64,000 nt of DNA from Candidatus Fermentibacter danicus (GTDB taxonomy: Bacteria; Fermentibacterota; Fermentibacteria; Fermentibacterales; Fermentibacteraceae). A program made the translations under genes and the position numbers. Within the stretch, counting starts at the first letter, position 1; every line of letters begins with the position of its first letter. The notes beneath the pieces are model-generated. The model worked only from the letters and a program-made list of their open reading frames with translations, did not search any database and was not told the origin of the DNA. Below, one piece after another: positions 17,664 through 25,284 of the stretch. The stretch is taken from assembly GCA_001618615.1 (NCBI GenBank), contig LKHB01000181.1:2210-66209 (forward strand), written 5' to 3'.

Positions 17664-18951
17664 TCTGTCGGGATGGGTGTTCTGGATCACGGCATCGTAC
17701 ATCTGCGGAATATACCTCGCTCCATGCCTGCATCCGGCCTTCGGAACGGCCGTTGCCGCCGCCGGGCTCGCAGCGGCTGCATTCGGAAAACGCACCGCCG
17801 GGAGGCTGCTTCTCGCCTCGGGATTCTTCCTCCTGGCATACGAGCCTAAGGTAGCCGGAGCAGGGTCGGGCCTGCAAGCCCCGGGTCGCTCCGGAGTTTT
17901 CGAAGGCGTCGCGGAGCGGGTCACGAGGGAGGGGGCGATCCTCTCCTGCGACGGCGTGAGGATCTGGCTGAACGGCAAGTCGATCCATCTCGACACCATG
18001 GAGGGAGATTCCCTGAGGGTCCTCGGTCTCGAATCGTGGGGATCGCTCGCCGTATGCGCCCACACGGTCCGGCCGGGCTCCGGATTGTTCGCGCGTCTGC
18101 GCCGGACTGCGGTTTTGACCTGGAGGGAGAGGCTGGGGGAGGGTCCGACCTCCGCGCTGGTGGCCGCCCTGCTGTCGGGTGAGCGGTCCGGGATTTCCGA
18201 TACAGTCAGGGATCTGTTCAGGGAGACCGGGACCATCCACATCCTCTCCGTGTCGGGCTATCACGTGGCGATCGCGGGCTCGCTCGTCTATCTGCTGATG
18301 GGCGCGGCCGCCCGGAGGAGGCCGCTGCTCGCGGCCTTTCTATGCTCACTGACCACCGGCGCCTATACGCAGTTCTCGGGGGCAAGGCCGCCGGCCGTGC
18401 GCGCCACGGTGATGGCCACCGCGGCCGTATTCCTGTCCGCTCTCGGAGTGAGATCGCCGGGGACCGCCGTCTGGTCCCTGGCTGCGGCGGTTGTCCTGGC
18501 GACTTATCCGGGCGCCGCCTTCGACGCGGGCGCGCAGATGTCGTTCATCGCGGTGCTGATCCTCATCGTGTACAGATGGAGAATGGGAGGGGGGTGGACC
18601 CGGCCTCTGCAGGCCCTTCTGGCGGGCGTCTCCATAACCATCGGGCTCGCCCCGGTGCTGGTGCCGCTCTACGGCGGGCTCGCCACGGCTTCGGCGCCGG
18701 CGACGGTCGTCACGACGCCGCTGATGGCCTTCACGATGCTGACCGGCGCCCTGACTCTGCTGCCCGGGGTGTGGCATCCCGCGGCAAGGCTTACGGAATG
18801 GGCGGTCTTCCTCTGGCTGTGGATTCTCGAGTTTGCGAAGCTGCCGGTGGTGTATTTCGAGGGTTCCTTCTGGATCTGGCCGTGGCTCGCGGCGATGATC
18901 CTCATGTGGCTCGTCTCCGAGCGCAGAACCTTCCTGCGGAGGTTCCGCTGA
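17659..18951 (+). CDS. comEC: ComEC/Rec2-family DNA internalisation channel protein (competence domain only, no MBL domain)
   Basis: Track ORF 17578..18951. Likely start at MTLSGWVFWITASY. A polytopic protein with the conserved competence region (ALLSGERSGISDTVRDLFRETGTIHILSVSGYHVAIAG). Confidence 0.8.
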   Translation: MTLSGWVFWITASYICGIYLAPCLHPAFGTAVAAAGLAAAAFGKRTAGRLLLASGFFLLAYEPKVAGAGSGLQAPGRSGVFEGVAERVTREGAILSCDGVRIWLNGKSIHLDTMEGDSLRVLGLESWGSLAVCAHTVRPGSGLFARLRRTAVLTWRERLGEGPTSALVAALLSGERSGISDTVRDLFRETGTIHILSVSGYHVAIAGSLVYLLMGAAARRRPLLAAFLCSLTTGAYTQFSGARPPAVRATVMATAAVFLSALGVRSPGTAVWSLAAAVVLATYPGAAFDAGAQMSFIAVLILIVYRWRMGGGWTRPLQALLAGVSITIGLAPVLVPLYGGLATASAPATVVTTPLMAFTMLTGALTLLPGVWHPAARLTEWAVFLWLWILEFAKLPVVYFEGSFWIWPWLAAMILMWLVSERRTFLRRFR

Positions 18952-18954
18952 GGC

Positions 18955-19632
18955 TCACTGGATCAGGAACGTGATGAGCACGCTTCCGCCGTTGTCCAGC
19001 GCATCCTCCGTGTGGTCCAGTCCCAGGGCCTCCACCCTCGCGCCGAGTGGGAGATCGAGCGTCAGCGTATCGCCGGGCAGCGCGGCGGCGGCCCATCTGC
19101 CCTCGTTGGGGCTGTGCACGACCAGGACCACCAGGCCGTCATAGCCGCTCAGGTTGTCGTCCTGGACGAGCACCGTGTACCTGCCGGCCGGGAGGGAGAT
19201 GTCGCGCGCCCTGTCCATGACCCCGAGATGATAGGCGGCCGATACCGTCATGCTGGGTGTGAGCTGGGGGATGAACGGAAGGAACCTGACCGAATCCACG
19301 GAGGTGGGAGTCGTCGCCACCACGAGGACCGAGTCCGTAAAACCGGGATCGGGGTGCCATGTGACGCTGCGCCCGGTCGCCGTGGGCTCTCCGGTTTCCG
19401 AGAAGCGGCCCGCGGAGCATGTCCACACGGCCGATCCGCCGTCCGGCATCAGCGTGGAGAGGTATGTGGTGCCCGATCCGGAGGCATCGATCGAGGCTAT
19501 GATCCCGGAATCGTCCGATCGCTGTCCGAAGCTCTCGGACACAATCCAGACGCCCAGGGCCAGGATGGGGATGACGAAGGGGAGGGATATGGCGAGGAAT
19601 GATCTGATCCTGTTCGAGGTTCTGCTTCTCAT
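18955..19632 (-). CDS. Hypothetical secreted or membrane-anchored protein
   Basis: Track ORF 18955..19905. Likely start at MRSRTSNRIRSFLAISLPFVIPILALGVWIV (signal anchor). Composition suggests a beta-rich domain. No family recognised. Confidence 0.4.
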   Translation of the reverse strand: MRSRTSNRIRSFLAISLPFVIPILALGVWIVSESFGQRSDDSGIIASIDASGSGTTYLSTLMPDGGSAVWTCSAGRFSETGEPTATGRSVTWHPDPGFTDSVLVVATTPTSVDSVRFLPFIPQLTPSMTVSAAYHLGVMDRARDISLPAGRYTVLVQDDNLSGYDGLVVLVVHSPNEGRWAAAALPGDTLTLDLPLGARVEALGLDHTEDALDNGGSVLITFLIQ

Positions 19633-20196
19633 CTCGTCCTCCCGCAGGCGGTCCGGCGCGCCCCGAGGATGAGGCGCGCGGCCTCCGCAAGGTCGCCGGC
19701 GCGGAAATCCGGCTCGGATTCCGGCCCGCACAGCCTGGACTGCACGGCCCCCCTGCCGGTCATCACGAGTATGGTCGTGAGCCCGGTTCTGCGGCCCAGC
19801 TCCATGTCGCTCACGGCGTCTCCTACGAGCCATCCGCCGGGCGGCAGGCCCAGTTCGCGCCTGGATGCGTCCACGAGACCCGTCGCGGGCTTTCTGCACG
19901 AGCATCCCTCATCGGGTCTGTGCGGGCAGCAGTAGACTCCGGAGAGCCTTCCTCCCAGGGCCCTTATCCTCTCGGACATGAGCGCGTTGATCTCCTCGAC
20001 GACGGAGGCTTCGACGAGCCCCCTCCCGATGCCGGACTGGTTGGTGACCACTATCACGGGATGCCCGGCCGTCGAGAGCGATGCGGCCGCCTCCAGGGAG
20101 CCGGGGATGGGTATCCAGGCATCGACCGACCTGACGTAGGCCGGGACGTTCTCGTTTATCACCCCGTCCCTGTCCAGGAAGACCGGTTCGAGCACG
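19629..20196 (-). CDS. gmhB: D-glycero-beta-D-manno-heptose-1,7-bisphosphate 7-phosphatase (HAD-IIIA)
   Basis: The motifs FLDRDGVIN, VVTNQSGIGRG and the Zn-binding CCPHRPDEGCSCRKP are GmhB hallmarks. The start is probably a GTG near 20196 (VLEPVFLDRDG). Confidence 0.8.
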
Positions 20197-21132
20197 TCAG
20201 CGGATCCTCCCGCGATGATACTCGACAAGCTCCGAGAGCCCGTCCTCGAAGCTGATGACTGGCTTCCATCCGAGGTCTTCGGCCGCAAGCCCGGCGTCGA
20301 GGGATATCTTCAGTATCTCCTCGGGCAGGGCGGGCCCCTGTTCTGGAAGGAGATCGGTGCCGACGAAGCGCCTTATCAGCGAGTCCAGTTCCTTCACCGA
20401 CCTTCCCCTTCCCCAGCCGATGTTGAAGATGCGTCCGGAGATGCGGTGGTTGCCGATATCCATGGCCAGGAGGTTCGCACGCGCGATATCCCTGACGTGG
20501 ACGTAATCCCGGAGTTGCTCCCCGTCGCCGTTGATCCTCGGACGCCTGTTCTCCAGGTATGCCAGGCTGAAGATCGCCGTTACACCAGCCTCGCCGTGGG
20601 GATTCTGCCTCGGTCCGTAGACGTTCGGATACCTCAGGACGACATAGTCGAGCCCGTACAGGTGCCTGTAGAGGAAGAGGTAGTGTTCGACGGTATGCTT
20701 GCTTATGCCGTAGTGGCAGATGGGGTTCACGGGATGGTCCTCCCTGACGGGGATCGAGGAGGGCTCGCCGTAGACCGCTCCGCCGGTCGATGCGTAGACG
20801 ACCCGCTTCACCCCTCCATCCCTTGCGGCTTCGAGGAGGGAGATCGTTCCGAGGATGTTGACGTCCGCGTCGAAGAGGGGTTCCCTCACCGATCTGCGGA
20901 CGTCCATCTGGGCGGCGTGATGACACAGGATGTCGAATCCACCCGTGCGTACCGCTTCTGCGGCCTCGGGGCTCCTGATGTCCATCTCCAGGAACGAGGC
21001 GCGAGGGTTCAGGTTCTCCCTGAAGCCGGTGGAGAGGTTGTCCATTACGTGCACTTCATGGCCGTTCTCGACGAGGAGATCGGCTACATTGGAGCCGATG
21101 AAGCCGGCCCCGCCGGTTACGAGTATTCTCAT
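20197..21132 (-). CDS. NAD-dependent epimerase/dehydratase (GalE/extended SDR family), possibly a nucleotide-sugar epimerase of the heptose or LPS pathway
   Basis: 311 aa. MRILVTGGAGFIGSN Rossmann motif and the YxxxK catalytic motif (HYGISKH). Confidence 0.85.
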   Translation of the reverse strand: MRILVTGGAGFIGSNVADLLVENGHEVHVMDNLSTGFRENLNPRASFLEMDIRSPEAAEAVRTGGFDILCHHAAQMDVRRSVREPLFDADVNILGTISLLEAARDGGVKRVVYASTGGAVYGEPSSIPVREDHPVNPICHYGISKHTVEHYLFLYRHLYGLDYVVLRYPNVYGPRQNPHGEAGVTAIFSLAYLENRRPRINGDGEQLRDYVHVRDIARANLLAMDIGNHRISGRIFNIGWGRGRSVKELDSLIRRFVGTDLLPEQGPALPEEILKISLDAGLAAEDLGWKPVISFEDGLSELVEYHRGRIR

Positions 21133-21227
21133 TCAGAGTCCTCCGATGTCGTTACCGCTTCGACGACGCCCGGGCCGCTGGTTGTGGACAGACGCGAGCG
21201 GGCATAGTCATCATACTGCGTCGGGAG

Positions 21228-22241
21228 GTGTCGATGAAAGTACTGGTCTTGTGCGGAGGGCGGTCCGTCGAGAGGGAAATCTCGATGGAGTCGTCCCGTT
21301 TCGTGCTGGAGGCACTGTCGAAGGCCGGGCATTCGACCGTCACCGCGGTCATCGGCCATGACGGCGTCTGGACGGTCGACGGGGGGCGGGCGACGATCGA
21401 CGCGTCCTCTCCCAGATGGCTGCTCATGCGCGAGGGAGCCGAGGTCCCCTTCGACGTGCTCTTCCCGGTTCTTCACGGTACATTCGGCGAGGACGGCACC
21501 GTCCAGGGCCTCTGCGAGATGGCCTCATGGCCCTGTGCGGGGGCCGGGGTGATGGCTTCCGCCGTGGGCATGAACAAGATCGTCCTCAAGAGGCTCGCCG
21601 CGGGCGCCGGCATCCCCGTGGTCCCGTGGATGGAGCTGATGCGCGGCGCGGAATCGCCTTCTCCCTCGGCGATGCTGGACAGCCTAGGGCTTCCGGTGTT
21701 CGTGAAGCCGGCGCGACTCGGATCGAGCGTGGGGATATCGAGGGTCGACAGCGAATCCGACCTGGCCGGCGCTCTGGAACTGGCCTTCGGGCATGACGAA
21801 CTCGTCCTCGTGGAGAAGGCGGTTCCTTCTCCGAGGGAGATCGAGATCGGCGTGATAGGAACGGGCACGGCCGTCCACACCACGGTTCCCGGCGAGATCG
21901 AGCCCGGCAGGAGCTGGTACGACTTCGAGGCCAAGTACGCATGCAAAGGTTCCAGACTGACGATTCCGGCGTCCCTCGATCCGGAGACTGCCGCGGAGGC
22001 GCGGGACCATGCCGCCGCCGTCTTCCGCCTCCTGGGAGGCAGGGGATTCGCCAGGGTGGATTTTCTTCTCGGTGAGAGCGGTCTGTTCCTCAACGAGATC
22101 AACACGATTCCAGGTTTCACGGCCATCAGCATGTTCCCGAAGCTCTGGGAGGCCTCGGGGCTGGATTCCACCGGACTGATGGACGCCATAATCTCGGAGG
22201 CGCTTTCGAGGCCCGCGACCGGGCTCTGGGAGGAGCGGTGA
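21228..22241 (+). CDS. ddl: D-alanine--D-alanine ligase
   Basis: 337 aa. MKVLVLCGGRSVEREISMESS, the ATP-grasp motifs and the C-terminal EINTIPGFT. Confidence 0.9.
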   Translation: MSMKVLVLCGGRSVEREISMESSRFVLEALSKAGHSTVTAVIGHDGVWTVDGGRATIDASSPRWLLMREGAEVPFDVLFPVLHGTFGEDGTVQGLCEMASWPCAGAGVMASAVGMNKIVLKRLAAGAGIPVVPWMELMRGAESPSPSAMLDSLGLPVFVKPARLGSSVGISRVDSESDLAGALELAFGHDELVLVEKAVPSPREIEIGVIGTGTAVHTTVPGEIEPGRSWYDFEAKYACKGSRLTIPASLDPETAAEARDHAAAVFRLLGGRGFARVDFLLGESGLFLNEINTIPGFTAISMFPKLWEASGLDSTGLMDAIISEALSRPATGLWEER

Positions 22242-23275
22242 GCCGGTTCAGGGTCGATCTGAGAAGCGACACCGTCAGCGTCCCCTCCCTGGGCATGCGC
22301 AATGCCATGGCCCATGCCGACGTGGGCGACGATGTGTTCGGAGAGGACCCCACGGTGAACGCCCTCGAGGAGAGGGTCGCCAGGATGCTGGGCTTCGAGC
22401 GGGCCGTCTTCATGCCCAGCGGGACGATGTCCAACGGCGTAGCCGTCCGGGTGCTGGCCGAGCCCGGCGACGAGGTGATCTGCGGAAGCAGAAGTCATGT
22501 CTACATCTACGAGGGAGCGCAGGCTGCGCTGAACGCGGGGATACAGCTCCACAGGATCGACGAGAGGCCGGAAGGTCTTCCCGATCCCGCGGATATGGAC
22601 TCCGCCCTGGCCAGGTCGGACGACATACACTTCGCGCCCCGGAGGCTGATCTGCCTGGAGAACACGCACAACACCCTCGGAGGCAGGGTGATCCCACGGG
22701 AAAGGCTCGATGCCGTCAAAACAGTGGCAGAGGCGCACGGCGCAAGACTGTTCCTCGACGGCGCCCGGCTGTGGCATGCAGCAGTGGCCCTCCGGTGCGA
22801 CATAGCGGAACTGTGCGAGGGATTCTCGATGGTGACGGTCTGCTTTTCCAAGGGGCTGGGCTGTCCCGTGGGCTCCGTGCTCGCGGGAGGCGCGGAGAAT
22901 GTCGACAGGGCGCGATGGTTCCGCAAGCGGCACGGCGGCGGCATGAGGCAGGCCGGGATCCTGGCCGCGGCCTGCCATTATGCTCTCGATCACAATCTGA
23001 AGAGGCTGGAGAGGACTCATACCTGGGCGAAGACTCTCGCCAGGGCCGCCGCCGCATCTCCCATACTCGAGGCCGATCCCGAAAACGTCGAGAGCAACAT
23101 CGTACTGGTGCGCTCCCCGGGCATAAGCTCGGAATCGGTCGTCGCCACGCTGGGCACGCTGGGCATCGGCTGTCTCACGATGGGTCCATCGAGTCTGAGG
23201 CTCGTGACACATCTCTCACTTGCGGACAGGGATGTCAGGTACGCTGCGGATATCCTGGCCACATTCGGAGGATAG
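22238..23275 (+). CDS. ltaE: Low-specificity L-threonine aldolase (PLP-dependent)
   Basis: 345 aa. PSGTMSNGVAV, and the PLP-lysine motif CFSKGLGCPVGSVLAG is typical of threonine aldolases. Confidence 0.8.
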   Translation: MSRFRVDLRSDTVSVPSLGMRNAMAHADVGDDVFGEDPTVNALEERVARMLGFERAVFMPSGTMSNGVAVRVLAEPGDEVICGSRSHVYIYEGAQAALNAGIQLHRIDERPEGLPDPADMDSALARSDDIHFAPRRLICLENTHNTLGGRVIPRERLDAVKTVAEAHGARLFLDGARLWHAAVALRCDIAELCEGFSMVTVCFSKGLGCPVGSVLAGGAENVDRARWFRKRHGGGMRQAGILAAACHYALDHNLKRLERTHTWAKTLARAAAASPILEADPENVESNIVLVRSPGISSESVVATLGTLGIGCLTMGPSSLRLVTHLSLADRDVRYAADILATFGG

Positions 23276-24187
23276 ATGAGGGTCGGAGTAATAGGAGTGG
23301 GCCATCTCGGCTACCATCATGCCAGGATACTGCGATCGCTCGCTTCGGAGGTGACGGTTTTCGACGCCAGGGAGGCCAGGACCGCGGAGGTCGCCTCGGA
23401 ACTGGGCGTCGCGGCCGCTTCCTCCGCATCCGAGCTGCTTTCCAGGGTGGACGCCGTGGTGGTAGCTTCGGACACGGTCACCCACCACGACGTCGTTATG
23501 CAGGCTCTTGCCGCCGGGTGCCACACGCTGGTCGAGAAGCCGATCGCCTCGGATTCCATCCAGGCCGCCCGTCTCGCATCGGAAGCCGAAAGGCTCGGTC
23601 GCGTGCTCGCCGTCGGCCACGTGGAGCGCTTCAACCCCGCCGTCGTCGCGGCCGGGGCGCTGATCGACTCGCCCATGTTCGTGGAGGCACACAGGCTCGC
23701 GCCCTTCAAGCACAGAGGGATCGACGTGTCGGTGGTCATGGATCTCATGATCCACGACATCGATCTGGTGCTCTCGTTCGTCAGATCGCCGGTCAGCGAG
23801 GTTCACGCCTCGGGCGTCGCCGTCCTCACCGACAAGGTCGACATCGCCAGCGCACGCGTGATGTTCGCCAACGGGGCCGTCGCCAACCTGACCGCCAGCC
23901 GCATCTCACGGGAACCGATGAGGAAGCTGCGCTTCTTCCAGCAGAGGGGCTACGTGTCGATAGATTTCGCCGGAAGAACCGTGGAGGCGTTGAAGGTGGA
24001 CGGCGAATCCATTCGCCCTGTTCCGGTCGTCGTCACCGATGCCGATCCCCTGACCTGCGAGCTGCAGGATTTCCTGTCGGCCTGCGGGGGAGGGGGGCGA
24101 CCGCTCGTCGGAGCCGCGGAGGGGGTCCGCGCCATAAGGGCCGCCGAACTCATAACCTCCAGGATGACGACCGCCGGATCGGCCTGA
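23276..24187 (+). CDS. Gfo/Idh/MocA-family NAD(P)-dependent oxidoreductase
   Basis: 303 aa. MRVGVIGVGHLGYHHARIL Rossmann and the EKP motif (LVEKPIA). Its stop overlaps the lpxB ATG (TGATG). Confidence 0.8.
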   Translation: MRVGVIGVGHLGYHHARILRSLASEVTVFDAREARTAEVASELGVAAASSASELLSRVDAVVVASDTVTHHDVVMQALAAGCHTLVEKPIASDSIQAARLASEAERLGRVLAVGHVERFNPAVVAAGALIDSPMFVEAHRLAPFKHRGIDVSVVMDLMIHDIDLVLSFVRSPVSEVHASGVAVLTDKVDIASARVMFANGAVANLTASRISREPMRKLRFFQQRGYVSIDFAGRTVEALKVDGESIRPVPVVVTDADPLTCELQDFLSACGGGGRPLVGAAEGVRAIRAAELITSRMTTAGSA

Positions 24188-25284
24188 TGCTCCTTTTCGT
24201 CTCTGCGGGCGAGCCATCGGGCGATCTCAGGGCGGCCGAGCTCTGCAGGGAGCTGTCCGCCAGGTCTCCCGGCATCGGTTTCTTCGGGCTGGGCGGGGAT
24301 GACATGGAAGCCTCGGGTGTGGACCTCTCGGCTCATCTCGAGGAATTCTCGGTGATGGGATTCTCCTCCGTGCTGAAATCGCTAGGCAGGATACTCTCAC
24401 TCGAGAAGCGGCTCAGGAGGGAGTGCCTCGAACGCAGGCCGGATGCGGTGCTGCTCGTGGACTATCCCGGCTTCAATCTCAGAATGGCGCGCTGGGCGTC
24501 CCGCAGGGGATTCCCCGTAGTCTACCACATCTCCCCCCAGTTCTGGGCCTGGGGCGGCTGGCGGGCGCGAGGCATGGCCAGGCATGTCGATCTCGTCACG
24601 ACGCTGTTCGAGTTCGAGGCCGGCTTCCATGCCGCTCTGGAGGTCGATGCCGTCTGGTGCGGACACCCTCTGGTCGAGTCGATCCCCCGTCCCTCGCCCG
24701 GCGGCGGGGATATCGCACTCCTGCCGGGCAGCCGGCCGGACGAGGTCGAGAGGCTCATGGAGCCGATGCTGGGGTGCGTGGAACTCCTCAGGCGCGCCGG
24801 AGACCGGCGGGAGGCTGTGGTGGCGGTTTCGAGAACCGTACCCGGGGCGCTCTACTCGAAGGCCTCCGCCCTGGGCTGCAGGCTCGTGGAGGGCACGTCG
24901 GCGGCGCTTTCGAGCGCCAGGGCGGCTCTGGTCTGCTCGGGCACGGCCACGCTCGAAGCCTCCCTGCACGGAGTACCGTTCGTGCTGATGTACAGGACAT
25001 CCCCATTGAACTACGGTATAGCCAGGCTGCTCGTTCGCGGCGTGGACAGGATCTGTCTCGCCAGCATCGCATCCGGCAGGACCGTCGCCCCGGAGCTCAT
25101 CCAGGGTGATGCCACCGCGGAAAAGGCGTTCGATGCGGTGCTTCCGCTTCTGGGCGACACACGCGAGCGGCGGGATGCATTGGAGGCCGCAGGCGCCGTA
25201 CGCGATGCGCTGGGGCCTCCCGGAGCGGCCGGGAGGGCGGCGGAAGCCATCCTCAGGAAGCTGCAGGAGATGAACGTTGTCTGA
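24187..25284 (+). CDS. lpxB: Lipid-A-disaccharide synthase
   Basis: The C-terminal part of track ORF 22771..25284 starting at MLLFVSAGEPSGD (the LpxB N-terminal signature). GT-B fold with PGSR and related motifs. The upstream part of that track ORF is an out-of-frame artefact. Confidence 0.85.
   Translation: MLLFVSAGEPSGDLRAAELCRELSARSPGIGFFGLGGDDMEASGVDLSAHLEEFSVMGFSSVLKSLGRILSLEKRLRRECLERRPDAVLLVDYPGFNLRMARWASRRGFPVVYHISPQFWAWGGWRARGMARHVDLVTTLFEFEAGFHAALEVDAVWCGHPLVESIPRPSPGGGDIALLPGSRPDEVERLMEPMLGCVELLRRAGDRREAVVAVSRTVPGALYSKASALGCRLVEGTSAALSSARAALVCSGTATLEASLHGVPFVLMYRTSPLNYGIARLLVRGVDRICLASIASGRTVAPELIQGDATAEKAFDAVLPLLGDTRERRDALEAAGAVRDALGPPGAAGRAAEAILRKLQEMNVV

Noticed and set aside
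17664-18242. The N-terminal 190 aa of the 360 aa minus-strand ORF that carries the SpoU domain.
   Set aside because: Low-complexity Pro/Arg/Ser-rich, and antisense to the membrane-spanning N-terminus of comEC. The SpoU domain is complete without it. A ~165 aa TrmL-sized product is assumed instead.
22238-23275. Possibility that the PLP enzyme next to the GnnA-like oxidoreductase is the GnnB aminotransferase.
   Set aside because: The PLP-lysine context CFSKGLGCPVGS and overall pattern match threonine aldolase (LtaE/GlyA-like beta-eliminating lyase family), not DegT/ArnB-type aminotransferases.
22771-25284. 837 aa track ORF that appears to span ltaE, the Gfo gene and lpxB.
   Set aside because: Only the last ~365 aa (from MLLFVSAGEPSGD at 24187) are LpxB. 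The upstream part is an out-of-frame, Arg-rich read-through across two genes that have good calls in other frames. The same applies to 28717..30315 (only the NlpC/P60 end is real), 26812..28212 (real from lpxK MKRPDL), 35025..37355, 54565..55599, 55656..57356 and 57585..59519.
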